A stretch of DNA of 64,000 nucleotides. It comes from Podarcis erhardii. Its lineage: Eukaryota. Below the pieces are notes generated by a model. The model was not told the origin of the DNA and searched no databases. It saw nothing but the letters and a program-made list of their open reading frames with translations. Positions 38,821 to 52,049 of this stretch are shown here, piece by piece (within the stretch, counting starts at the first letter, position 1; every line of letters begins with the position of its first letter). The DNA lies in the NCBI GenBank assembly GCA_964252035.1, contig OZ176204.1; one strand, written 5' to 3'. Both the position numbers and the translations under genes were made by a program.

Positions 38821-39061
38821 CAGTTGTACCTTGGAAGTCAAACGGAATCCATTCTGGTAGTCCGTTCGACTTCCAGAATATTTGGAAACCAAAGCATGGC
38901 TTCTGATTGGCTGCAGGAAGCTCCTGCAGCCAATCAGAAGCCCCGTCAGATGTTCAGCTTCCAAAAATAGTCTGCAAACCGGAATAGTCACTTCCTGGTT
39001 TGCGCTGTTCGGGAGCCAAAATGTTCGAGAACTTAGCTGTTCGGAAACCAAGGTACAACTG
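38821..39061. mobile_element. Tigger-like MITE in the putative MINPP1 3' UTR
   Basis: TIR CAGTTGTACCTTGG / CCAAGGTACAACTG; internal hairpin CTTCTGATTGGCTGCAGGA...TCCTGCAGCCAATCAGAAG. Confidence 0.88.
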
Positions 39062-39439
39062 TAGTACATAGTGTACATTTTAAAGAGGAAATCCATGATG
39101 CTTTAATATGGCTTCCCCCTTTAAATCCATTCTTGGGTGTGGTTTCCATATGTAAACTGTAAAGAGACTGCTTTTCCCAACTAAATATATTCAATCATGC
39201 ATTGAAGCAGGAATTAGTTTTTCAGAATTGAAAATAGTATTATCACCTCAGTCCTGGCTTTTTTTTGGTCTGTTTCTCTGTAGCTTTTTTTCATTCCTAT
39301 GAACCATTCCTTGAAACCGGAGTGTTGTTTTTTTAGTGGGGCACTATCTTGGATACAGTATCGCTAAACACTTTGAAGATTTGGGTTTTGGTTTTTACCA
39401 AGAGTTGCTGCTAAAAAACCCATGCTTTAAAGAAAAATT

Positions 39440-39445
39440 AATAAA
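39440..39445 (+). terminator. Candidate MINPP1 polyadenylation signal AATAAA
   Basis: First canonical AATAAA I found after the stop codon, with GT-rich sequence downstream; implies a 3' UTR of about 1.5 kb. No transcript support. Confidence 0.45.
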
Positions 39446-40513
39446 GAACAACTATCCATAAAAGAGACTGCATCGTGGTTATACAGTGTGCAGCGTATCT
39501 CTGTGTTAAATTGCTGGTCTATAACGTGAGATGCCATACACCACCATTTTGAAGGGAGCTCTTTCTAAAGGGAAGGTTATACTGACAATTTGGGGTGGGG
39601 TGGGGAGGGGAGGTTCTTAATTGGGAGTGTCAGGTGAACAAACCTGTAAGGATAGGTCTGTTGACACTGAAGTCTTGTCTATCCAATTCCACAGGAGAAA
39701 TGAAATGTAGCATATCACATGATAAAGCTGCTTTCATACTGGATGAATATAAGTATTTGTGAGCAATGTGGTTGCTAAGGTGTGTGCTTACAGTGGAGCT
39801 TTTTGTGTGCCTATAATTCAGTTTATGGTTTCAAACTCCTGCATATCATATAATGGTTTGGTTGCTGTATAACAAAGGAAGGAAAACTTCACGATAGTAC
39901 AAGCTGTTTAAACACCTCAGATGTTGTCAGATAGCTAAATCACGCCATTCCAAGAAAAAAAATTAAAGAAAAAAGTAATTATTGGACTGATTTGTCTCAT
40001 TTGTTAAATTCAGGATAGATGTTTAGGCTTAAGGCACAAAATGCGCCATACAGACCTAAAATGTGGGGAGTAGTCATTTCAAGTGGAAGAAGAGCAAACT
40101 AGAGAGGCTAGTGAACTTTTCTCAGCCAGCTGCTTTTCCCCCCCTGTCTGGGCTTGGAGACTGGAAATGAGCTCAGTTTCGGGAAGGTGTAGTGGTGACA
40201 GGGCTGGGAAAGGGTTTAGCACCTCCCATTGCAGCCTCTGCTTCTCTACTTGAAGTTGTATTCTATACATATATACCTGTATGTGCACACACATATACAC
40301 ACACAATTTTATACCTGTTCAGCAACCCATGTCCTAAGATAAGAATCAACAGGAAGTGATGAGTCATAGAACAGGGCTATGTAGATAAAAGGTGGAATAA
40401 TGAAGAGATGCAAAAAATGCACGCAATTCCCGATGAATAACTCTACCAACTAGAGGCATCATGCAGCTTTCCTTTCTACTTGTGGCAGGGCAGGGAGATG
40501 GAAGAACTATATA

Positions 40514-40772
40514 CCGTATTTTTCGCTCTATAAGACGCACCAGACCACAAGACGCACCTAGTTTTTGGAGGAGGAAAATAAGAAAAAAAATATTCTGAAT
40601 CTCAGAAGCCAGAACAGCAAAAGGGATCGCTGCGCAGTGAAAGCAGCAATCCCTCTTGCTGTTCTGGCTTCTGGGATAGCTGTGAAGCCTGCATTCACTC
40701 CATAAGACGCGCACACATTTCCCCTTACTTTTTAGGAGGGAAAAAGGGAGTCTTCTAGAGCAAAAAATATAG
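40514..40772. mobile_element. Tc1/mariner MITE (inverted copy of 4992-5250)
   Basis: TA TSD; near-identical translations of the two copies appear in the ORF track. Confidence 0.9.
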
Positions 40773-41394
40773 TATTTCATTACTTGAAAACTAGGGTGAA
40801 AGAATGGCGCCCCTTTCTGTATGTTAAATAAAACAATTTAATTATTGTTCTGCACTTTCAGGTTGGCAGTCAGCCTGACCTACCTCACAGGGTCGTTTTG
40901 TGGGGATTATATGAGGAGGGGGGGGAACAATTTATGCTACTTTACGCTTCTTGGAGAATAAAGCTGAAGTATATAAACAATAATACTAAGGTAGCTCCAT
41001 TCACTGCAGTGGGGCCAGCAAGTTTGCTATTTGAAGAAATAATGATGACTCGTACCTGATGCCCTACTTAAATGTGGTATGAGGTTATGGTAGCACACCT
41101 GCTTTCTAAATTGCCACTCCTAAGCGCTTGTTAAAATAGTGATTTGAGCGGCTACTTTTAAAGCATTGAAGATAAAACGGGGACATGATTTGCAATCAAT
41201 TAAAAATATTTGCAGAAGGTGGGGAAATGTATTTTAGTGCAGGAACAGGCTCTGGCTTCTGTAATTTACAAAGTGGGTCAAATGCTTCTGTCCTTGAGCT
41301 TTAAGCTGGCAGCCCTTGGATCTTTCATTCAGCTGTTCATTGGTAGTCCTAGCATGGGTCATAACACTTAAGATATCTCCATATTTTAAGACGA

Positions 41395-41602
41395 CAGTGG
41401 TACCTCGGAAGTTGAACGGAATCCGTTCAACTTCCAAAATGTTTGGAAACCAAGGCATGGGTTCCTATTGGCTTCAGGAAGCAGCATTGGATGTTTGGGT
41501 TCCAAAGAATGTTTGTGAATTGGATCACTCACTTCCGGGTTTGTGGTGCTTGGGAGCCAAAACGTTCAAGTCGCAAGGCGTTCATCAACCAAGGTACGAC
41601 TG
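41395..41602. mobile_element. Tigger-like MITE (same family as 38821-39061, internally deleted)
   Basis: TIR CAGTGGTACCTCGG / CCAAGGTACGACTG. Confidence 0.85.
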
Positions 41603-43480
41603 TATAATGTTAAATGTAGTCAAATGTCCAGGAAAATGCAGTTTCATGTTTACAGAGCAGCTTTGCAATGGTACCCCAAAATAGTTACTACCTACAAAGT
41701 AACAATTGCATTGTATTTGCCTTATGTAAGCTTTTTCTTTCTCTTCTTGGCAGCAAGCCATTAGTCCTCAACAACTTTCAATGAAGTGATGGCAAGTGGA
41801 TTAAAAAGTATTGTTTACATTGCTTCAAAGAAATTAAAACTCCCTGCAATTAAGCTTTTTTTTTTTAAGGTAAAACTGTCTTCTTGAATGGTTACACAAT
41901 TTACCCATATGAGTTTTCTACCTTCCTGCTGATCAGGAAGCTGACACAGCAGAATTGAAAACTCAGATCATTTGTTAGAACAGGGATGGAGGAGGGAGAG
42001 AGAGAGACAGAAAAAGGTTCAGACTTAAATTGTTCTGTGTACAGTCCGAACCCAATAATGGTAATACACTGCAATGCACAGTTTTGGATACAGAGAAATA
42101 AGAGCATAGAGAAATTATGCAGACAGATGGAGGTGCTAAGAGTCACATTGATGGCTCACTGGAGAGAAATTTCCTTCTCACAAGGCAGTCAGTTTGTACA
42201 CACATGCAAAAATATCTTAGCAATCCATTGCCCTTCACAAACACCCTTCTTAAGAAACAAAATAACAAAATGGACTTTTTTAGTGGCTCCCTAATTGTGG
42301 CTCCATCCCTGCTCTAGAAAGATTTTCTGCATTTTCAACCATAGGATGGATTCTGGCATCATGCAAATATTTTGGTGAGTCATAACGTGGGTAAATTTAT
42401 TACAAATTCTATAAAGAAATCTACTTGCACTTATACTACCTTATCATGAGGAGACAATGCAATGCTTGCTCACATAAACGTTCTCTGCTGCTCGCTTTCA
42501 TTTGCTGTTCGCATATCGCAGCATCCGTAAATGAATCTCATTTCTCATTTGGGGTAGCTAGTGCCGGTACTTGGAATACGATTTGCCTAATAGATGATCT
42601 GTAAGATCTTTGGGTGTACTTCCCAATCTTTGACTAAAAGCACGGCAACCAGTTGCCTGACTTCTTGAAGACTGGCCTTAGACTGCAGCAGCAATCTGTA
42701 TGTTTTAAAATGCAAGAGTAAACATGTTGATGCAAAGCCAGTCCTCCTCATCTCCATAGGCCTTGCATGCATGCTTAGACTTAGAGGACCTGAGTGACAC
42801 GTAACTTTTTGAAACAGGCAATACTGATTATTTGCATGTTGTGGCAAAGATATTTCTAATCAGGCAAATGGAGAGAAAGGGAAGTAGAGGGCTGTCTAGC
42901 TGCAGAAGCAGCAAAGGTATTTAAGCCTGTATAACCAGCTTTGCAGTCAGTTGGGTTTTTTGCTTGTTTGTTCTTTGCAGCTCTTAGGAGGGAAAAGGTG
43001 TGGGTTTGTTTCCGTAGTGAAAAGCCACAGCTTCTCCATGACTCCTTTTTCAGCCTCTCTTCACCACACCCTCCCTTGCATTGATGAAGCAGTCCCAAGT
43101 GAAGGTGGAATAATGCACACACATAAAAGCAAGTTGCATACGTGTTAATACATCACGTGAACAGAGGCTTTTGCACACACAGCGCACACAGCGTTATAGA
43201 TTTTAGGACCTTCCTAAAACATTAATTACTAGCAGGCTTGTGTCTGGCATTGCTTGGAAGTCCTAAGAAAAAAAGAAAAATCAGTACAATTTTGAAAGGG
43301 TTCAGTCCACCATCTTGATTCAACATGGAATCCAATTGTATCCAAACAGGTAAAAACCCTGCTCCTTGATCTCAGGAACCACCACATAAAAAAGTGATTA
43401 TGATATCTTAAGAGGTGTCCAAGTGCACAGTGGACCAATGAACAATTTCCCAGAATAGATACTAGATATAGCTGAATTTA

Positions 43481-43828
43481 GGGACGCGGGTGGCACTGTG
43501 GGTTAACCCACAGAGCCTAGGACTTGCCGATCAGAAAGTCTGCAGTTCGAATCCCCGTGACGGGGTGAGCTCCCATTGCTTGGTCCCTGCTCCTACCAAC
43601 CTAGCAGTTCGAAAGCATGTCAAAGTGCAAGTAGATAAATAGGTACCGCTCCAGTGGGAAGGTAAACGGCGTTTCTGTGCGCTGCTCTGATTCACCAGAA
43701 GCGGCTTAGTCATGCTGGCCACATAACCCGGAAGCTGTACGCTGGCTACCCCGGCCGATAAAGCGAGATGAGCGCCGCAACCCCAGAGTCGGTCACGACT
43801 GGACCTAATGGTCAGGGGTCCCTTTACC
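43481..43828 (+). mobile_element. Sauria SINE (Squam1)
   Basis: Starts GGGACGCGGGTGGC; TSD TATAGCTGAATT at 43467-43478 and 43829-43840. Confidence 0.96.
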
Positions 43829-44046
43829 TATAGCTGAATTAAAAGCTTTGAATTGATCTTACTCCCATCTTCTTGGAGTAGAGTTCCCCTAATACCTATA
43901 TACACAATGTTTTTACCAGCAATAACAACAAAAGAGAGAAGAGGGCGATAGTATCTCTTCCATATGACAGTCTTCTGTGAATGGTATAGTATACTTATGC
44001 ATATAAATCATTGCGGGAAGTCACGTTTCTTATCATCATCTGAGCA

Positions 44047-44781
44047 TTTGGGATTGGTTTCTGTCTGTCTCAATAGACAATGGAGTGTGCCTCCAGGGGT
44101 GAAGTCAAAGTGGTTGCATTAGCAGCACTGAAGTGATCTCTCCAGGATGCAAGCCTGGGCAGTGTGTATGGAGGTCCTGGGCTGTCCAGATGACAAGACC
44201 CCACCTCTTGGCCTCACTGATGTGGCCCAAAGGAAAGCAGAGCAATGTGTTGGGAACCAGCTTGGCTACAGGAGTTGCTGGAAGGAAGCATTCAAGGCGC
44301 CATCCAACCATCTTAGGGACTCTAGATTTGTGTAGGGTTTACTCCTTAGCCATTTCTTCTCCCACAGATATCCCGCTAGGCAGCGGAGGTTTAGGATCAG
44401 AGTTTTCCTTCTCCTAGCTACCTTCAGAGGTGGTTGAACCCCATCTGCCACTGACTCCCCTCTACAATACAGCAATCATCTTCCTGACCAGTGGACCCAC
44501 TATTGGTCTTGTCCGCTCAACCTGTTGGAGACTGTCTTCAGATGCAGGGGAAGTCCCAGACTCACTGAGGGTTTGAGACCCACTGGCTATCCTCACCTGG
44601 TTTAGCCGGCCAGGTGAATCTCTTCCCAGGGTGTGGCTACTGTCCTATGCTAACAGCTTCTAGGAGCCACAGGTGAGAGCTGAGTGCAGAGTTGGGACTG
44701 AGGGGGGACAAACTACCCCAGAAAGAGCACATCATGTCCACTACCAGAAGTACTACTCCACTCCTAGCACCCCATGCCCCC
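44047..44781 (-). mobile_element. Non-autonomous RTE-tailed element (copy 2), full length
   Basis: 13-bp TSD CATCATCTGA(G/A)CA at 44034-44046 and 44782-44794. No coding capacity; RTE-type 3' tail. Confidence 0.8.
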
Positions 44782-45515
44782 CATCATCTGAACAACTGGC
44801 TGTGAATTTCAACATCACAGGTGCTTGGAAAGTAGTTCATGCAGAACTAATAGTATGATGATTTCATTTTTTGTAGTCACATAAGGACAGAGCTTTCCTA
44901 ATGATTGGGCTCAAATGTGCGTGCCAGTAACTCATGATGACTTGGCAACTTATGTTTCCCTGTAAATATTGAGTAATTCTTTCAGCAGTCCTCCTCTCCA
45001 ATTCCTGACTCTTGTTTAGCAGCTGAATGGTGCTAAAATCACTCAAAATGCATCACAGGAAGTATAGCTTGCAGCGGGCAGCTTCTTATCCTTGTTATAT
45101 GTCACAGATGAGAATAGAGACACATACATGTTTGTGTGTGTGTGTGTGTGTATTGCTTCTCTTCTCGCCACTCCAATGCTAGACCATTCCCTTCCATATA
45201 GTTGGAGATTCTCTTTCACCTGCTTGACAGTAATCTGACTATAGCTGTTTGCTTTATTAAAAAGAAACAGGAAAGCACAATATCACAATCGTTTCAGCTG
45301 TTCTTCCTATATAACAGATGCAGGTCACGCACACCCATAAACATTTATTCTGTGTATACAGTCATTTATTGAGGGGATGAGGTAGAAGGGCATGACACTC
45401 ACGTATGCATTTATTTGCATGCACACTGAAGTCAGATTGCAACACACACACACACCCTCCAAACTGTAACTTCTAGAGCAGAGCTGAGGGGCATTTTCAG
45501 CCCAAGGGCTGCATT

Positions 45516-45627
45516 CTCAGCTGGTAGAGCATGAGAGTCACGGTCAAGGGTACGAGCCCCATGCTGGGCCAAAGATTCCTAAATTGTAGGGGGTTGAGCC
45601 TGATGACCGTTCCAACTCTACAATTCT
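45516..45627 (+). mobile_element. Degraded Squam3-like SINE nested in a hAT-type MITE remnant (about 45480-45890)
   Basis: Similar to 10727-10871. Flanks resemble 28230-28490. Confidence 0.7.
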
Positions 45628-46293
45628 TTAAAACCTTCTGAAGGTCGCAGGCCAGTGTTGGGCAGGGCCAGGAGCAAAAGCAGGTGGAGCGAGATATGCT
45701 AATCTTACCTCCCTGCAGTGGCCTAATTGCTACACAAATTCACACTTCCCTCAGAGGTATTATTAGAGCTCAAGGACACATTTTAGTCAGACGAAAGCAC
45801 TGATGGTTGCGTTCAGGAGACAGTTCTGAGGCCTAGGTAGAAGGACCTGAAGGACCTTTCAGCTCTTGTGCCTGAGGTTCTCCAACCCTGAGAGAAAATC
45901 CAGTGGAAAGGGTTGAAACCTAACAAGTTCTTGGGCAGCCTTCCCCAACCTTAGGGTGCTTTTGGACTCCTGTCATCTCAGACCATTGGTCATGGTGGCT
46001 GAGGGTGGTCATACTTCAACAACATCTGGGGATCCAAGGTTGTAGGACATGGGTGCATGCAGACAAGTTGTTCTTTTAAAGGCATTGTCATCTACCAATG
46101 GTAGCTGTTACCATGGTGTTGTTCCAGTGTGACAGGCATTGTGCCTGATCCAGCACTTCTACCAGTTACTAGTGCGACGTATGTTGCGTATGCAGTGTAT
46201 AATTGCATAATTAGAGTGACTTCTACATGAATGGAAGATTTGTCTTCTCTTAACTGTTCACTTTAGACTAATGCATAAAAGGCATATTTTCGA

Positions 46294-46319
46294 ATGATGA
46301 TGATGATGATGATGATGAT
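46294..46319. repeat. (ATG)n microsatellite
   Basis: Direct reading. Confidence 0.9.
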
Positions 46320-46602
46320 TATTTATTTATACCCCGCCCATCTGGCTGGGCCTCCCCAGACACTCTGGGCGGCTTCCATAGAAACAAAAAATACAGTAAA
46401 ATCACACGTTAAAAACTTCCCTGAACAGGGCTGCCTTAAGATGTCTTCTGAATGTCAGGTAGTTGTTTATCGCTTTGACATCTGCTGGAAGGACGTTCCA
46501 CAGGGCGGGCGCCACTACCGAGAAGGCCCTCTGCCTGGTTCCCTGTAGCTTTGCTTCTCGCAATGAGGGAACCGCCAGAAGGCCCTCGGCGCTGGACCTC
46601 AG
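46318..46602 (-). mobile_element. L2 LINE 3' fragment (further tail fragments at about 50450-50580 and 56110-56155)
   Basis: Reverse complement of the 21094-21236 family, extended into ORF2 3' sequence. Confidence 0.78.
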
Positions 46603-47219
46603 ATAATGAGTTCCCTATGTGAGTTTCTGGCTTGTAGTGGGGCAAAGGTTTACACCTCCAGCTTGTTCCTTTAAGGCGGTGATCCCCCGCTGCACTGAAA
46701 ACTCCCTTTGTCAACTTTTGGCCTGTTTACTCTCACACACACACAAAAAAAAATCTAACGCTCTGCAAAGGCTGTTTGTTCTGAACAGCCCCACTGGAAT
46801 CAAGTGTGTACACACTTAGCTGTAGTTTCCCAGGTAATATAGCGTGGAAGAACCAGTCTCCCAACGCTGGCATTGTTGTGGCTGACCTGACCAGGATAGA
46901 GATGGGTCAGTAGTCGGAGAACGGCTATGTGAATGCCAATCCAGTATTCACATAGCCCAGTTCTACTCCCATGCAAGAAAGTAGCAGAGGTGGCTCTGGT
47001 GTCAAGAGAGTGGCTCCACTTCACAGCTTGTACCACTATGGCACTGTAGAGCTCTACGTTCCGCTTATCCGCATGCATCTACTAATAATGAGTTCAGGAG
47101 GCTCCCGTTTAAAAATGTCCCTTCACAAAGTATTTTGGGTCTATGTTCTAAAAACAATTTCATCTTAGCTGAGCCTCAGATACTGGATTAGAAGGGGGGT
47201 GCTTTTTTAGTGCGCTCCT

Positions 47220-47577
47220 ACGCGGGTGGCGCTGTGGGTTAAACCACAGAGCCTAGGACTTGCCGGTCAGAAGGTTGGTGGTTCGAATCCCCGTGACGGG
47301 GTGAGCTCCCGTTGTTCAGTCCCAGCTCCTGCCCATCTAGCAGTTTGAAAGCACATCAAAGTGCAAGTAGATAAATAGGTACTGCTTTGGCGGGAAGGTA
47401 AACAGCGTTTCCATGCGCTGCTCTGGTTTGCCAGAAGCAGCTTAGTCATGCTGGCCACATGACCTGGAAGCTGTACGCCGGCTGCCTCAGCCAATAAAGC
47501 AAGATGAACACTGCAACCCCAGAGTCTGTCACGACTGGACCTAATGGTCAGGGGTCCCTTTACCTTTACCTTTTACC
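47220..47577 (+). mobile_element. Sauria SINE (Squam1)
   Basis: Matches the other copies along its length; ACCTTT tail; no clear TSD. Confidence 0.93.
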
Positions 47578-50447
47578 AAACTATTTGCAAAACTAAAATG
47601 ATTCATGTCTTCTTAGCTTCCTTTCCCTGATGGTGTCACCCAGAACTTGTTCCACACAAAAACCATTTCTAAATCACATTAGTTCCTTCTTGCATTACAG
47701 TCTCCTCCTCCAGTCTTACTGTCATCTGATGATTTTATTATTTTTAAAGGTGCTGGTACTGCGTACCCTTGAGTAACCCCCCCCCCCCAAAAGCACTGTG
47801 TCATAATTTTCGGTGATAAACTGCCCATGGCCTTCACTTTGTCTCTTGGACTCCTCCCTTGTGTTATTTAGTTCATTCTCCCTTTCAGCCAGTTTTGCCT
47901 TGCCCTGTCCAGGAATACCCCACACATTGAAGTTACCTCTCCCCCCTCTTTTCTTTTAGATTCCTCATGAAAACACACCTTTTCCAGTAAGCCTATAAAG
48001 AAAACACTCACATTACAGTAGCAAGACACATTGCTTCAACTCATCAGTGCATAAAATTAACGTTGCTGTTGCATTTTAGTTTTTTTTGGGGGGGGCCTTG
48101 TTTGTTTGTTACTGGTGTTGTGTAATCAACCTGCAACCAATAAAACTGCATGAGGTGGGATACTCCTTAATTAATTGTGCGTACTTTTATGTGGGAGGAA
48201 GTGGAACACCTCAGGGTCTACTTCTGAGTAAATGTGCACAGGATCGGTCTGCTTAGTAATAATTAATTTGAAGACTAACACAGCTGTTGGGAAACTAGTA
48301 ATTCCCATTTCTGAACACTTGCCAGAGGCAAGATTAGTTTCGCATTTGTTTGAAATCCAACACATCTTTGTGTTAGCAAAAGCTTCAAATGCATTCCTCT
48401 TTGTTGCTTGAGGTCAATGTGAAGGCAAGAAGGAAGCAAAATGTTCTCAACTAGATCATTTTTCAGCTGCTTGGGACCTCTACACAGTAATGCCCCTGCC
48501 TTTTTAATCCTTTGGCAAAAGGATTTATTCTGAGGCTGTGTATATGTTACCGCTTACTCTGGCTCCAGAGCGCTCCCACCTCTGCTGTTTTGAAGAAGAC
48601 ATTAGCCGCAATGCAAAGGTGTTGTGTAGTTTCTTGAGAAATGGCCCCATCTGTTGCTCTTTCGCTCTTACCATCTTCCATCCAATTAGCAAACGGAAGT
48701 CATGGTTAAACTGGTGTGTACATTTTGACAGCGCATGCAGATGACAGCTTTGATGAATTGGAATTTGGCACTGGGGAACGAATCAGGTAATGGGCACCAG
48801 GTGAAGACATCCATGCCTCCTCTCTAGTGTGAAGAGCAACATAAAAAGTGACTTGAAACGCTGGGGTGGCGGGGGGGGGGGGTAGTGGCAGGAATAACCT
48901 CACTGCTTTTTGAGCTGCTGGTATGTACATAGCCTGAGTTTAGATGTGAGTGGCAAATAGCTGAATCAGCCATTTACACAACTCTGTTCAGAGTCCTGAC
49001 AAAAAAACAAAACTGTGAGCAAATAACTACCTGCAGAAAATGTACCTTGATCAGGCTGTGAACTTTGTGTGATGTTAGATAACTAGCTTAAAGGCAACTA
49101 CGAAAAGGGGATAATGGGAATTATCTGAAACTGTGCTCCCTCCATTCTGTTTAACTGAATCCCTTCAAATTACCTTGCTGGTTTTGAGTGCTTCTAGGTG
49201 AAGATCCCCCCCACCCCGAAGAACTCAAGCATACTTTATGAACACACCCAATACTTGCCAAGATTAGCAGAGTCAAAATAACTGCCACGATCCAAAAGAG
49301 GAGTTGCACAGGGCTTGTTGCATAACAGACACACATTCATAGAACTTTTGTACTGCTTTTCCGCCCCTCTCTATTCAGAGAACTTCTTGCCAAACATCTT
49401 AGCTGTGTGAAAGCTTGCTGTTTTCTTAGCTTGGTTAACTAGGGGAAAACATTAACATTGATGCAAAATTAAAGCCAAAAGTTGTATTAACTTTGCAATC
49501 CTATGCAATGTTCACACGGCAGCAAGTCATATTGTGTTGAAAAGGGCTTTCTCCCTAGTTAGTATGTTTATATTGAAGGCTAACCAGATAAATTCTAGAT
49601 ATTTTTTCTTCAGCATGCGCTGTGTGAATAATATTTCTTTTTGTTCCACTTCTGCTTAACATGATTCATCTAGAGCACAGAGAAAGAGAGAGGTTAAAGA
49701 TGGCAATGAAATGTAATTTACCAGCACTGTGTAACCACAACATTTTATTATAATTTGAGCAACAGAAAGCCTCATACATTTTTCAAGCAAAGCTAGAACA
49801 AACATATGCTAGGACGCCATATCTTGAAATGGTGTGGATGTACTTTTAAATTAATCACTGGGTCATTTCCAGATAAGATTCCTCAAAAGCACAAAGACAG
49901 ATTTTGAGTGCCGTACAAAATGTTACACCCAGAATACGATGATAGTTTCACAAAACCATTGGCCCAAGACAGCGATTACATTTGATGTATGTAGGCCTGG
50001 TCTTTCAGACCTGCATAATCCACTTTGACTCTCTTTTGGGGTGGGGGGGGCAGAATTGCGTATCCCTTTTCACACTATGTCTCTGGGAATTCTCTCCATC
50101 CCCATTCATCCTTCATTCTCCAACTTGGTGCCCTCCAGGTATTTTAGTGAATGACAAATATCACTCATTGGCCATTCTGGCTGGCATCAATGAGAATTGT
50201 AATGTGAAACATCTAAAAGGGCACCAGGTTAAGGAAGGCTAGTTTAGAATCTAAAGTTTTAGGGCAGGGGTAGCCAGTGTTGTGCTGCAGAGCAACATAG
50301 GAAGTGACATTATACTGAGCCGACACTGACTGGCAGCAGCTTTCTGGGATTTCAGAAAGTGGCATTCCCAGCCCTGCCTTCAGTTGCTGCTGATTAAACC
50401 TGAGACCTTCTGCCATTGATCTACTGCCCTTTCCCACAGCTGATGTG

Positions 50448-50448
<1 letters not shown>

Positions 50449-50490
<42 letters not shown>
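50449..50490. repeat. (AAT)14 microsatellite (L2 tail derived)
   Basis: Direct reading; abuts an L2-type tail. Confidence 0.92.
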
Positions 50491-50491
<1 letters not shown>

Positions 50492-52049
50492 GTACTTTAT
50501 TTATACCCCGCCCTTCCCAGATTAAAAATTGGGCTCAGGGTGGCTCAGGGCGGCTAACAGCAAATATAAAACATTGATTATTGTAGTCCAATAACATCTG
50601 GAGGGTGTTGGCTACTCCTGTTTCAGAGCCAAAGACTGGATGAAGGGGTGTGGAACCAAAGCAGTGGAGTTAAGCCACAGCTGATGGTTATCTCTGTTAA
50701 TATATTTGGCTGGTATTGACTACTCCATTGATTATGTTGTGTCATCATCCTAAATGTTTACTGAACTACATTCCAGAATTCACGTAGGACCCGCTTAAGG
50801 TCTACCTGGCCAGTCCTTATTGCTGTTGGGGTGGCTGAATGTGCTGAAACAGCACAGCTGAAGCCCAAAGGAGCTCCAGGACACACAAGAACTTGGGAAC
50901 TGTTCTTACCTATACTCCATTGAAGTGTTTCCCTTGAACAAGTCTTGCGCTTTCCCTGTAAGAAGTAAACAAAGGCAAAGGCCAGCCACTATGAAGTACT
51001 TCTCCAGGACGGGTAAATGGTCCCATTTAACATTGTAAGAAGGGGCTGGATGAGATCATCTGAAGGCTGAAGGTCTATTTTTCATTTTCAGTTGACCTGG
51101 AGTCATTTTCTCCACTGTGGATCTTTGCTTCGGGAGGGATATTAAGGGGCTAGATGTGGGTGAATAAACAAATCTGAATATTGGCAAAATACAATGTGGT
51201 GATGCTGGGTGTTACCCTGGTTAGTTTAGCTGGGAGAGTGTTTGGGATCAGCAGATCATTCTCTACTACAGCAGACTTGCCAACAAATATAACAGTTTCT
51301 GAACATTTCCCTTTGGGATTTTTGAAATATTAAAAAAGAGCAATAAATGTCAACAAATTTCTGACATCACAACGTATGTATGTTTCCATAAATGCCAAAA
51401 ACATAATTCTTAAGCTTTTAGGAGGATGTATCTGTGCACATTGCAGCACATTTAAAACACATACTTAAAAAAAAAAAAGAATATTGGGAACTGTAGTTCT
51501 TCAAAGGTGCTGAAACTGTAGCTTTGTAAGGGGCAAACTAGTATCATTTTAAAATATTGGTGATAAATGGCAGTTGATGTGAGCGAGGTAACAAAACTCA
51601 CACTAAAGGTTACATTTTTCAGGCTCCCCTTTGTGCCACAACAACATAATCCTGTCTACATACAAGAGGAGTGCAACTAACAGTGATGAAAGCATTGCGT
51701 GAGAAATCTCTCCCTACAAATGTGCGGTATATCATAAACCTGTGTTTGATGAGGTCGTTACCACCTGACATCTTCCAGGTCATGCAAGATATTTGTGCAA
51801 GCCTTTGCACAGGCATTCTTACTTGTTCAGAAGAATTATTATGCTGCCTGGGGCTTCATAGCAACTTTTGCCCCAGTTCTTCCCATAGCCTCAGAGTAAG
51901 CTACTGAAATTGATTCAGTGTTGGAGAACATGGGTACCATTAAGCAAACATTTGAGCTGCCTAACTAACACTCGCTTAGATTGGTTGGTGTTAAGCAGCT
52001 TGTGGACACGACTGCAACCTTTAAAAAAATGTAAATTCTAATTAACAAT

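Noticed and set aside
40051-40066. 16-mer CAGACCTAAAATGTGG also present, inverted, at about 61745-61760
   Set aside because: One match of this length is roughly expected by chance in a 64-kb self-comparison, and it does not extend.
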